Shown piece after piece: positions 26,017-37,198 of a DNA stretch of 64,000 bases. The notes under the pieces were generated by a model that was not told the origin of the DNA, did not search any database, and saw only the letters and a list, made by a program, of their open reading frames with translations. Position numbers and translations under genes: made by a program. Location of the stretch: NCBI GenBank assembly GCA_032718475.1, contig JAUCBJ010000246.1, forward strand, positions 11,370 through 75,369, read 5' to 3'. The stretch comes from Nemertoderma westbladi (taxonomy: Eukaryota; Animalia; Xenacoelomorpha). Position 1 is the first letter of the stretch. Each line of letters opens with the position of its first letter.

Positions 26017-26670
26017 ACTATTGTGGGCACTGAGGGCGCCACGTGAGGAGTTGAGGGAGGGTATGCACGCATACCGTGGTGGAAGGGTACACAGTACCGA
26101 AAGTACGTAACAACGTACTATTGTGGGGCCTGAGGGCGCCACGTGAGGAGTTGAAGGGGAGCTATGTACACATACCGTAGTAGAATGGTACATAGTACCA
26201 TAAGTATATAATACGTACTATTGTTTGGCACTGAGGGCGCCATGTGAGGAGTTGAGGGGAGGTATGTACGCATAGCGTAGTAGAAGGGTACACAGTACCG
26301 TAAGCACATAATAGGTACTATTGTGGGCACTGAGGGCGCCATTTGAGGAGTTGAGGGGAGGTATGTATGCATACTGTAGTAGAAGGGTACATAGTCCCAT
26401 AAATACATAATATGTACTAAAGTGGGCACTGAAGGCGGAACGTGATGACTTGAGCACTAGAGCACTTGATGTACGCATACTGTAGTAGAAGGGTACACAG
26501 TACCATAGTGAGGATTAGGAGGGATATATATTGCGTACGTCTGATGGGCACAATGTGCCAACGTACGTAATAAATACCAACACAAGCCGGGTCAATGGGA
26601 CCAATAATTATACGTAATCCGTACGTACAATAGTGGGCATTGAGGGCGCCACATGAGGAGTTGAGGGGGA
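26017..26670. repeat. 100-bp tandem array (5 units plus 1 detached)
   Basis: TTGTGGGCACTGAGGGCGCCACGTGAGGAGTTGAGGG variants at ~26021, 26121, 26221, 26321, 26421 and 26631. Confidence 0.88.
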
Positions 26671-27201
26671 TATGTAGGCGTGGTAGGATAGACCGCACGA
26701 ACTAGACTACTGTAGCGCATAGCCCGTAGTGCAGAGTTAGAACATTGCTACAGAGCCAGAAAGTTGTCTGGTAGGAAGCTAGTACAAGAGTAAGTTACAA
26801 AGTATTGTAGCTAGTCTTATCTGTAGACAAGTAGTGATGAATTACTTACATAGTAATTGAGTAGTAGATAATGTAATAGCATGTCAGTTGAGGTTGGGGA
26901 GTGAACACAGCACTGAAGAATCAGTTTACGCCCCATTTTTTATGATTTTGTCACGTTTGATGCTGACCGATTACTTCAATTTCTATAACAGGACGCAATT
27001 TTTTTGAGTCTATGGTTGTGTTGTCTGTATGAAACCGAAAAGGTCGAACCTTACCGTGCCACTTGGTACATAATTATTACATAGATTTAAATTTAAAACA
27101 AAAGATAAATGCTAATTAGGTACCTATAAATATTTATTTGCAGTAATGACACTCGTTGAAACCCTGTGGCCAATACAACACATGCTGCAATTCAATGTGT
27201 A

Positions 27202-27827
27202 GTGAAAGTAAAGTAAAAAGTTCGAATAAATTTCACCTTTAACAAATTATGTTATTTAAATGAAAATAACCTGTTAAAAACCTAAAATCTTTTTGCTAAT
27301 GATAGGAACCTAATTCGAGTCTAATAGGGTTAGTGAATTTTTTCATCTCATTTTTGAATAGGTTTAATTATTGTTTTAAACTATAAATTAAAAAACTTAC
27401 TTTTTGTTGCTCTCCTGTGAAGAAGAGCGATGTAGAAGAGCGAATTTCAGACCACCTTTACGAAAAGCAGGCAATGCATGAACAAGTTGCGATCGACCTA
27501 GACAACAGTAAAAAGTGAAAGTAAAGTAAAAAGTTCGAATAAATTTCACCTTTAACAAATTATGTTATTTAAATCAAAATAACCTGTTAAAAACCTAAAA
27601 TCTTTTTGCTAATGATAGGAACCTAATTCGAGTCTAATAGGGTTAGTGAATTTTTTCATCTCATTTTTGAATAGGTTTAATTATTGTTTTAAACTATAAA
27701 TTAAAAAACTTACTTTTTGTTGCTCTCCTGTGAAGAAGAGCGATGTAGAAGAGCGAATTTCAGACCACCTTTACGAAAAGCAGGCAATGCATGAACAAGT
27801 TGCGATCGACCTAGACAACAGTAAAAA
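27202..27827. repeat. 313-bp tandem duplication at the truncated 5' end of the Sola1-like transposase
   Basis: 27202-27514 is repeated at 27515-27827 (GTGAAAGTAAAG...GACAACAGTAAAAA). Confidence 0.92.
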
Positions 27828-28755
27828 ACTAGCCTCTGGTATAGAGTTAATGACGTTTGACCTGCAGAAAGTCTTGTCTACTCCAATGGGTGACAATATG
27901 TTGCTTGGCTATTCGCGCAAATTGGCAGTCTACAATCTGACATCATTTCTAAGTTCTAATAAAGCTGGGTACTGCTATATTTGGAATGAAACGATAGCTA
28001 AGCGTGGATCAATCGAAATAGCGTCTTTTATATACGACCAACTCCTTCGACTTGATGATATGGGAGTTCAGAATATCATTGCTCATTGTGATTCATGTGG
28101 TGGCCAGATCCGGAATCGTATGGTAATCGCGGCTGTGCTAACCTTCATGTACATAGCCAAACAAGTGACTAGTACCATCATCAAGTTTTTAATCCCTCGC
28201 CATACCTATCTTCAAGCAGATAGTATCCATGCCACTATAGAAAGGGCTTATAGTAAGCAGATTGTCTATGCTCCATCTGAATGGCCTGGTATTGTGGTGC
28301 GTGCTAGGCAATGCCCATGTCCCTATGAGGTGGTTAAAGTCACTAAAGACCACGTTCTGGATTGGAAGAAAAGTAGTCTCCTCTACCCTCTTCTACATTG
28401 CGACACGGGCAAACCGAAACCTAAGAAGATTCCGTGGGCAAATATTCGCGCACTTAAGTATGAGAAGGGTATAGATGGACACATAGCTGTGTCATTCACT
28501 ACGACATTTTGCAACAATGCGACATGGAAAACTATGAAATCAAGAAAGAATGAGAGGGCTAATCCACCTATTCCACCGAAAGCATATTCAAAGCAATTGC
28601 CCATATCTGCTGTGAAGAAGAAAGATCTCATGGATCTTTGCAGTAATGGGTTTATACCGCAAATCTTCCATAACGAATATGAAGCCATAACAACCAGCAT
28701 GGATGTTCCTGATGAACTGGATGAGACGGATGTGGAGGATGTGACTGACGATTGA
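27730..28755 (+). CDS. DDD transposase catalytic region, Sola1-like, 5'-truncated
   Basis: FDLQKVLSTP, YSRKLAVYNL, CYIWNETIAKRGSIEIAS, DSCGGQIRN, HTYLQADSIHATIE, KKKDLMDLC...FHNEY; superfamily call from recalled motifs. Confidence 0.75.
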   Translation: MKKSDVEERISDHLYEKQAMHEQVAIDLDNSKKLASGIELMTFDLQKVLSTPMGDNMLLGYSRKLAVYNLTSFLSSNKAGYCYIWNETIAKRGSIEIASFIYDQLLRLDDMGVQNIIAHCDSCGGQIRNRMVIAAVLTFMYIAKQVTSTIIKFLIPRHTYLQADSIHATIERAYSKQIVYAPSEWPGIVVRARQCPCPYEVVKVTKDHVLDWKKSSLLYPLLHCDTGKPKPKKIPWANIRALKYEKGIDGHIAVSFTTTFCNNATWKTMKSRKNERANPPIPPKAYSKQLPISAVKKKDLMDLCSNGFIPQIFHNEYEAITTSMDVPDELDETDVEDVTDD

Positions 28756-28959
28756 AAGCTGAATATACAAACTAACTTGTGTTTATATTGGTTGTTACGT
28801 TAATAATTGGAGTGGGTATAGAATCTAAGAGTATAGAAGCTAAGTTGTGTGTGTTAGTTATACTAATATACCTTAGTGTTATATTAATAGAAACGGTTAT
28901 ATTTTGGATAAACTAAACAACCTTAGAAAAATCAGCTTGCCTAATTTATATACATTTCA

Positions 28960-29383
28960 GTGACCCCAAAAGGCATGTTACCAAATAAGAATAAAAATGA
29001 ACTAAATAAGATAAATAAATTAATAACAACTTCCAATAATAATACATAAATAAATAAATACGTCATTCCGACTGAAATGATTCAAGTATCGTAAACGTGG
29101 GCAGATCGGTAATGATTCTAACACAGTAATATATACTGCCAAAAGGGCATTCACAGTTAAATTGTGGAAACTCCATTCAGGACAAAAGGGCATTTGACCA
29201 TGCCATGTCTTCTGAAATGTAAAAAATGTATTTTTGATACAAAAATCCGAAATACGACAAAGCAAATACACTATGTTGACATAAAAAATGTAAGGATGGT
29301 CATTCTTTTCAATTTAAGACGGTTATTTGGCTCTCCTGAAAAGTGGCATTTTGGCTGAATGCCCTTCTTCCCGCTCACCGACG
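28960..29383 (+). repeat. Putative 3' subterminal repeats and terminus of the Sola1-like element
   Basis: Repeated AAAAG(G)GCAT motifs (~28968, 29141, 29184, 29340), ending GAATGCCCTTCTTCCCGCTCACCGACG. Confidence 0.45.
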
Positions 29384-29384
29384 A

Positions 29385-29573
29385 TGTATTTTATCAATCC
29401 CCTCTCCCCCTGTCAAAAACTATAACACCGGGGACAGACACAGAAACTATAACTAAAACACGGGGGGGGGGGGAGGGGTCGAGCTTGCTTGACACTTTGT
29501 GGCAGAGGGGGGGGGGGGGGGGGGGAGGTCAAACAACTGGAAAATTTGCGTGACATACTTTATGAACGCCCCC
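29385..29573. mobile_element. One end of a MITE
   Basis: Terminus reads GGGGCGTTCATAAAGTATGTCACGCAAATTTT on minus strand, with poly-G tracts; resembles common invertebrate MITE ends; partner end not seen. Confidence 0.45.
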
Positions 29574-29605
29574 ATAACTAGTAAACTTATGTTTTATCAT
29601 TTTAG

Positions 29606-30807
29606 ATGGAGAAATACTGTGTTATACATGGTCGATACGCTCGGCGGGCGTCACTCGCAGACGTCATCGACAACCCGCCGGTCATGGAGGGCCACCATAT
29701 GGCGGCAATGGTCATAAGTGAAACTTGCGCCGTAAAGAAAAATAAACCGGCACTAACTTCTCAGCCGCCAGCAAAGAAGGCCAGGGCGTCTTCATACCAT
29801 ACGCTGGCCTTCCTACTGTAAGTAAAAATTATTACTATTACTGATACTAATGATAATATTTTTTTCAATATTCGCAATATGTGACATTACTACCAAAAAT
29901 AACACGAATTAAAAAACAATAATCAATTGAAATTATGTATATTAATACATGAAGTTACTAATTTGGTGTTGTTCAAACTAAATCCTATTAAAAATACAAA
30001 TATTGATTACCTGCTAAAATTAAATTTACACTAACTACATTATAATATTATATTTTAATAATTATTTTTAGCGATAATAATGCCTTCTAATGAGACGTTC
30101 TCGAAGCTCTTCCCACTCCACGCTGATTCCGAAAAGTTTTTCGAGAATGGGATAGGGGTGGGGACGTTTATCGTCATCCTAGAGCCGGGGTACCGTGGGG
30201 GGTCGACGACACATCTTCCCGCCATAGTATCCCGGCTCAGTCCGGTGCACCTTAGGGCAGCCCCCATATACCCTGAGCATCCCTCTAGATTGGATGAAAT
30301 CAGTAAATCGGCAGAACTGGCGGGTTTCTGCCTTGAAATCCCGAGACTGACTTTATCCACGGTTTGTGTTGTTGTTAATATTATTTCTCATTTGTAAATA
30401 AATATTAATAATAATTATTATTTTTCTAGATAAGTTTGTCAATTTCTACTACATATATTTTTAGCACCAAATTAAGCAGAATTGCTTTTATTACAAAAAA
30501 AATAATGACTTTCCTAAACAATAAGCAATATACATAATCAAAATAAATAATGAATAATAATAAATCTCATTTATAAATATTGTATTTTTTAGATTATATT
30601 GAAGAAGGTGTGTGGGGGCAACTTGTGCCGAGGATTAAAGGGGGCGGCCTGCCCTTGCTACCGGAGGGGGTTGAAGGAGACATGGGTCATCGAAGGGGAC
30701 ATCCGCCTGCCAGCGATTTGGGATGCGGAAAAATAAGAAGGTGGAGCCCTACCCATTTTCATCGCGGTATTTTACCGCGATGTTTCTGAATAGACATCAA
30801 CAAGGGG
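29606..30807 (+). pseudogene. Degraded spliced gene for an unknown Cys-containing protein
   Basis: GC-rich blocks 29606-29817, 30072-30361 and 30593-30807 bounded by TTTAG and GT within AT-rich introns; blocks 2 and 3 join in phase (RLTLST|IILKKVCGGNLCRGLKGAACPC); frameshifts present. Confidence 0.45.
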
Positions 30808-32069
30808 TAGGCATTTTAATATTCAAATTGATAATAAAATTTGCTAATTAAAAAATATAGAAAACCTTAACTAATCATTTACATACAGAACTTACACTAT
30901 TGCACTTTTTAATTAATTGATAGTAGCAATAATAAATTGAAGAACACCACGTTTGTAAGATATAAAAAATAGGCTACAATAAAGTCATACCAAAAACAAT
31001 TATTCAACACCAAAATAAATAAATGCTTTTTGGTGAGAAATATTCAAAATTGGGGGATGTAAATTGGTGCTCCAAAAAAATATATTTTGTGCTAAATAAT
31101 TTTTTTGGTGTGAAATCATCTAATTTGGGGTTACAGTCAATTAGTTGCTTAAAAATATGACATTCCCGTGAAAATATTGTTAAAAATAATATAATTATTG
31201 ACATTTTATTACATTTCGCAATATGCAAAAACGTAATACTCTAATGGCTATTATTATATTATTAAAACGTAATATTTGGATAATTTAGATTACAAATTTA
31301 GTTTCAATATTTATATTTCAAATATTATTTACATTTTCAGTCGATTAGGGATTTGTCGACAGCGCAAACGTTCGCAGTTAGTCGGTCGGTCATGCCCTAT
31401 CGAAATTATTTAGTAAAACATGACATGTATAATTTTAATAAATAATGATCCTTCAATCCTTCCCTTTCCAGAATCCAATAGTCCCTGTGCGCCCACCTTC
31501 GGGAGCCAGCTTTCCGGGGCGACAAGTCTCGGGGGTTCATCCCCATTATAGAAGTTCAGCATCCCACAATCGCAATACCCGGACCAACGGCGGTAATGTT
31601 TCTGCGATACATTGTGGTCTACTCAGAGGAGTTATCCGGCTTCAGTATTAATGTTCCTCAAGCCTGTCATACAGCAGTGAAGTGCATTATTAGTGTAGGA
31701 TCAGCCAGTTTGCAGTTCTGATTAACGATCTTCCATGGGTGACCAGGAAGAACTCCTTGAGCCTGAGCTAACAGCGTTCGACGAAGATTGCAATTTGCAC
31801 TGCTGAAATCCAGTTCTCTTTGCGTCCGTGGTGGTCGCAGATCTTGGCGTGGACTTGGGTTTGGCGATGGGGCCGGTCTTCGTGGACGAGACATAACGAC
31901 ACAATACTAGCCCATGGTCGAGCTGTTGAAATCCACATAAACTAATGCATTACACATAATACTGAAATACTCTATTGATCAACTCTTTCTATATATTTAA
32001 TTTGGTTGTGTTAATTTTGGTTATTAATATTTGTTCATATTATATTATATTATATTATTAAATAAATAT

Positions 32070-32172
32070 AAATTATCAGATAGTGATAGGTGTTATATAC
32101 GACAACACATCGAGTCTTTTCCATCATTTCCATCACACTATGCTCGCAAAGGTACAAACAGGCTATATTGTA
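32070..32172 (+). pseudogene. Small Sola1-like transposase N-terminal fragment
   Basis: YIRQHIESFPSFPSHYARKGTNRLY matches the recalled HIxSFPxxxSHYxR motif. Confidence 0.55.
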
Positions 32173-33772
32173 CTCCCTCCTCGCAGACCAGTATAGTTCT
32201 TTGTCGGAATCGGAACGATTTCGTTTCGACATTAAGGTCAGAAGGTTGTCCTTACTTGTCTTACATTCATCGTCGTACCATTGCTGGTGGTGGTTCTGAT
32301 TGTTTGATGGCTTGTGCTTTGCCGCAGTTGATATTACTTCGTTAAGAATTGCTGTACCTGTATGCTAAGGTCGCTTACTTTCGTCGCTCGCCCCACAATG
32401 GTTAGTAAATGTTTAATTTACTATCAAAGATCTTAAAAAAGTAGATTTTTTTAGCTTTACAACAACAGACCGTACCAACAAATAAAAGATATTTTTAATA
32501 AGAGTAATAAAATAATAAGTAAAAATTAACAAAATAGTTGTGAACACGTTCCTTTCTGTTCTTTTTTTACGAATCTATTACTTAATTTACTTCATATTTA
32601 ATAATAATGTTTAAACTTTATCGCGAAGAAGAACCGGCTATTCCTATCGCGCTGGGGATACTACCATTGGTAGGCTCCCATGGTTGCAAATTAGAGATCT
32701 TACAGTTTTTCGTAAACATGCAGTTCTTAACTTAAGTAGCGACGGGAGGTTTTGGGTCAAACCCATAAGCGAGAACGCTACTTTTTTTCAAAAAAAATGG
32801 GGAAGAAGCCTTCCACGTCTTGGAGAGAAACTGTTGGAAAGAACTCAAGAATAAAGATAAAATATCTTTATTACCACCACCACCCCATACCTTTACAATT
32901 TTACGTACTGATATGGAGAGTGACGAGGATATTTTCTTTTATTCCATCAACAGTGATGAGAGGGATGAGACTTTGTTCTGGATGAACAGGAGGCGTTGGT
33001 TGAGAATCGATCTGAATCCGAAGAAGTGGTGGATAACTGTTCAGAATCAGGCGACGTGGACAACCGTCCTGAGTGCATGTATGGCACTTGATGTATGTCT
33101 TTTAGTATGGAACATATGAAAAACTTTTAAACATACTCAGCCTCCACCCCCTCCGCCGATGAGTATTTAGTACTGTTGCTACGTTTGTATAATATTGTAG
33201 CTATTGTAGTATATGTTTTGTAGTACATATACATTGAATATATGTGGTGGTTTAATTACAATTAATAATTGTATAATATATTTATTTTGAGTACCTTGCG
33301 CTCCTACTGCCCCCCTTCCAACACTGTGATTAACTTTATAGCAATATGTTAATTAAGCAATGTCAAACAATAAAATAAATTACAATAGTGTCATTGACAG
33401 TGGCACTTTATCATCTATTGTTTTGAGGTTATTGAAATGTTAAGTTATTAATTAAAGTTTAAGTTACCAATCGTAACCAGGTTGTAGGAAACTCTAATCT
33501 GTTAACTTTTAACAGAAGTAGCGAATATAATTACAATTTATTCAAATCCGATTTATTATTTTTAGTGCTACAAGTATTAATACTTGTATGAGAAAACATT
33601 ACGTATAATTAATTTATTTATTTTTAATCAGTTAAATTATAATAAAATTGTTATTAAAAATGTACTATATATTATAAAATATATTGCAAAATAAACACCG
33701 GTTTACAAATATTACATAAAGATCAGTTTACACTTTTTGTGATTATATAATTTATTTTGTTATAGGAATAAT

Positions 33773-35017
33773 TGTAAAAGCTTTTGTGGGATAACTGATA
33801 CGTTTGCCTTTGCTGGCCAGTTCCCCCCAGGCGCTGGAATACTCTAAAAAGGTTTTCTAACTGTATATAGATTCCCCTCGCCCGCAAGGTACCTTTACAG
33901 GTGTTTTAACGGACATAAAAATCATTCTGCTATATACGTGTTTTGGCGGACATGGTAAGGCAAAAAACCTGTAATGCACCAACTACCTTTCACAGCTTAG
34001 CCGTGATAATTCATATTACGACATCTAACAGCTGGTTGCTGACATGGAAACAGCCATTGGATGTATGGTTCTTTGTTTGGCTTGAGCCAATCAGAGCGAT
34101 TTTTCCTGTCGACGTGTAGCTTTTAGTCGATCATAAGGAGAGTGTTCAGTCTTAAAGTTTCTTACTTGATACTTTGTTGTTATTGCTGTCTAAGCCAGAA
34201 ACACCGGCCTTTCGGTAAGAACTCTAGTAAACTGCTTGAATTATCGAGAGTATAAACTGTTACCTTAACGAATCGAACCTTAACGCATCTTAACATACTT
34301 ACTTAATTTAATTGCATTAATCATATTGTTTGTACTGTTATTTTACCGTCAGTTATTAATTGTACCTATTTGTTGATGGAAATATTGCTCTTTGGATAAT
34401 ACGGATAAATCACCCAAATTCCCAATTTTCTTGATACACTACAGGTTAGAGAGACCGGTTATACATAACAATTGCGATTTATATTAATGTGGTGTGTATT
34501 GAATCCAATGTTATTTAGCAGACCCTACGTGAGTCAATTACTGCTCTCTTTATGTGTGATCAAATATACTGACTGTCGGCAGAATAGTGTGTATGATCGT
34601 GATTGGTAACAAAGTATTTCCTAAAGAATACGCTTTATACTTTAATCATAAGCAGTATCGTTGCGTTTTAGTATAAGTCTTAGTTCTGTTTAAATAGATA
34701 AAGTGCCACGTCCTAAAGGAACTGTTAATATTTCCCGAAAGCCAATAATATCTGTCAGAGATTAATTTATTAACGATCTATCGAATGGTATAGTAGGTAT
34801 ACACTGCAACCTTACACTGCAATAATAAAATTCAAGCATCCGAATTCAGCCTCCCGGGTGTAGATCCATCGGGTGAATGATCGCGCATGGGCTGCCTTCG
34901 GCTAATGTTTTGCGTATTAGCATAAAATATTGTCGTATGCTAAAGTGGTTTTAATTAACTAAAAGACATATAAATTTTGGCAGGTTAAACTGCTAAAGGT
35001 CTTCAAAAGCGCGAACA
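33773..35017 (+). repeat. 5' LTR of element C
   Basis: TGTAAAAGC...GCGAACA; two substitutions versus the 3' LTR seen by eye. Confidence 0.96.
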
Positions 35018-35310
35018 GTAACAGTTTATAATCTTATTGCAGTAAGCAATAAGGTTGCAAAATACCGTAGTGACCGGTAAACCTGAACCGGTACTTCTGT
35101 AAGTCAGTAGGCCTAACTGTCATCACCGGTACCGGTACTGCTGTACAAGTACATTAGTATTATTCGATTTTGATTGTTGTATACCGGTAGGTCTTGGTAC
35201 TTAATCAGGGAACGGCCGCCCTGATTTTTTATTTGAGATTCTACTTATTTCTGTCGGTTTTATTTACTAGTAGGCTAATATTGAGCAGAAGGCGTGTGAC
35301 CCTGCTCAGA

Positions 35311-35884
35311 TTGTTCAGATAATTGTAGGCTGAGCTGCTGTCTGACTGTTGTTGAGTTTGGAGAGATTGCGGTGTGTGTAGAGTTTGTCTGATAAAGTGC
35401 CGTTAGTAAGTTGGGGCAGCCATAAGCGGTAAGGTCAATCCCCTCTTAAAGAATAAGTCGTACTACCGTGTTAGAACGCATACTAACTAACAGTTTCAGA
35501 GTCTGCATATACCGTAGTTTATTTAGGCTTGATCGTAGTCTGCCAGTGTTTCAGCCTGTGTTTGTTTGTGTGGTCTGTTCAGGTACCGTAATAGTTATTA
35601 TTCAAATATTTGTAGGCTGGATTGTTGTCTGGCTATTTTTGGGTCTGAAGGGATTGCTGCGTGTGTAGAGTTGGTCTGATCAAGTGCCGTTAGTAAGTTG
35701 GGGCAGCCATAAGCGGTAAGGTCAATCCCCTCTTAAAGAGTAAGTCGTACTACCGTGTTAGAACGCATACTAACTAACAGTTTCAGAATCTGCACATACA
35801 GTAGTTTGTTTAGGCTTAATAGTAGTCTGCCAGCGTTTGGTTTGTATTTGTTTGAGTATTCTGTACGGGTAGCGTAATATTTAT
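35311..35884 (+). repeat. Two tandem ~287-bp units in the 5' leader of element C
   Basis: GTGTGTAGAGTT...AAGTGCCGTTAGTAAGTTGGGGCAGCC... at 35374 and 35661. Confidence 0.85.
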
Positions 35885-37198
35885 TATTCAGAGTTTATGC
35901 GATTATTCGCAACATTCATGTCCCCAAGTTTATTCCTACAGTAATTGTGCTTGTTATACATACCGTTATAGTTAAACTAACCCCGGTACTACATCAGGGC
36001 TGCTTGGCGTAGGTAAAGACTGACGACTTTGTGCTTCGGTCACTCCAGCAGATGCCGTGGTTCTTTTAACTGTTCAAGTATATTTAACTACTGATTATTT
36101 GTTATACCGGTACTTGTACCTAATTTAGGGTTTAGTGTACAGTGCTTTCCGAAGTAATTAGTGTAGGCAGTATATTTGTATTGTAAAGTGGTTGATAGGC
36201 ACATTCGTTAGCTCTATTAGCTTCTGGGTAGGAACAATCCGTGATACATAACGTAGTACCTATAGCGATACGGTTATAGGTCGTCAGGCGGTGGTATTTT
36301 CCTATCTGGACAACGCAGTATATTTACTACTACTTATTATTTAAATACCGTAGTACCCTGTCCTTTGTAATAACCAGAAATCTAACCCTTTGTTGGACTG
36401 GTTTGTAGACTTCCTGTAAAATTACCCTAAAAATTTCGTACGTAATATTTTGTTGTGTTTAATTAGAGAATTAATCTCACCCGTATCGTAAGTAATTTGT
36501 AGTATTAAGTAACTTAGGTAAATTAGAATTATCAGTTTTAGTGTCAAATAAATAGCACTTCACTTAGAGGCGTTCAGCTTCTGTGTAGTGACTCCCCCAG
36601 AAATAATAACATTTATTTCAAATATTGACAAAACCCATTTAAACGGGTATATAAATATTATAAATCAACTCAAACGATTTATAAATAGTAGGCCTGCCAT
36701 ACAACAACTAGGTCTTACTATCAGTTGGACTACTGCTTAAATAACGGTAATAAAGTAAGTTAAAGTAACTAAGTAACCCTAAAATATTCAGGAATTCAAT
36801 TATTATAAAAATAATTGACATACCGGTACTTACCATAGGCTTATTATATTTATTTCTATAAATTTGAGCTGAAATCATACCGGTACTCTGTAATTAATTC
36901 TAGTTCATAATTATACTTACATGCTGTAAGTGTAAGCTGTATACCGGTATTCATTATAGGCCTACTATATATATATATATATTTGTGCTAAAATTATATA
37001 CCGGTACTCTGTGACACATCTAGTCTGTAATAATACTTATATATTATAAGCATACCGGTATTCTAATATATTGTGTATATATCACGTTACACCGAGTAAC
37101 GGTACCGGTAATAAATCGCTAGGCTTGCGGTCATACTGAATTACTAGACTTGCTTTAACTGAAAATATAGTAGTAGACATTCAACTGTATAACTAAAC

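Noticed and set aside
26017-26670. 100-bp and ~45-bp arrays as CRISPR-like repeat-spacer arrays
   Set aside because: The sequences between the cores are homologous to one another rather than unique spacers; there are no cas-like ORFs and the context is eukaryotic TEs.
32720-33120. piggyBac-like 5' end with acidic N-terminus (MESDEDIFF...)
   Set aside because: No TTAA-CCC terminus and no catalytic region; too little evidence.
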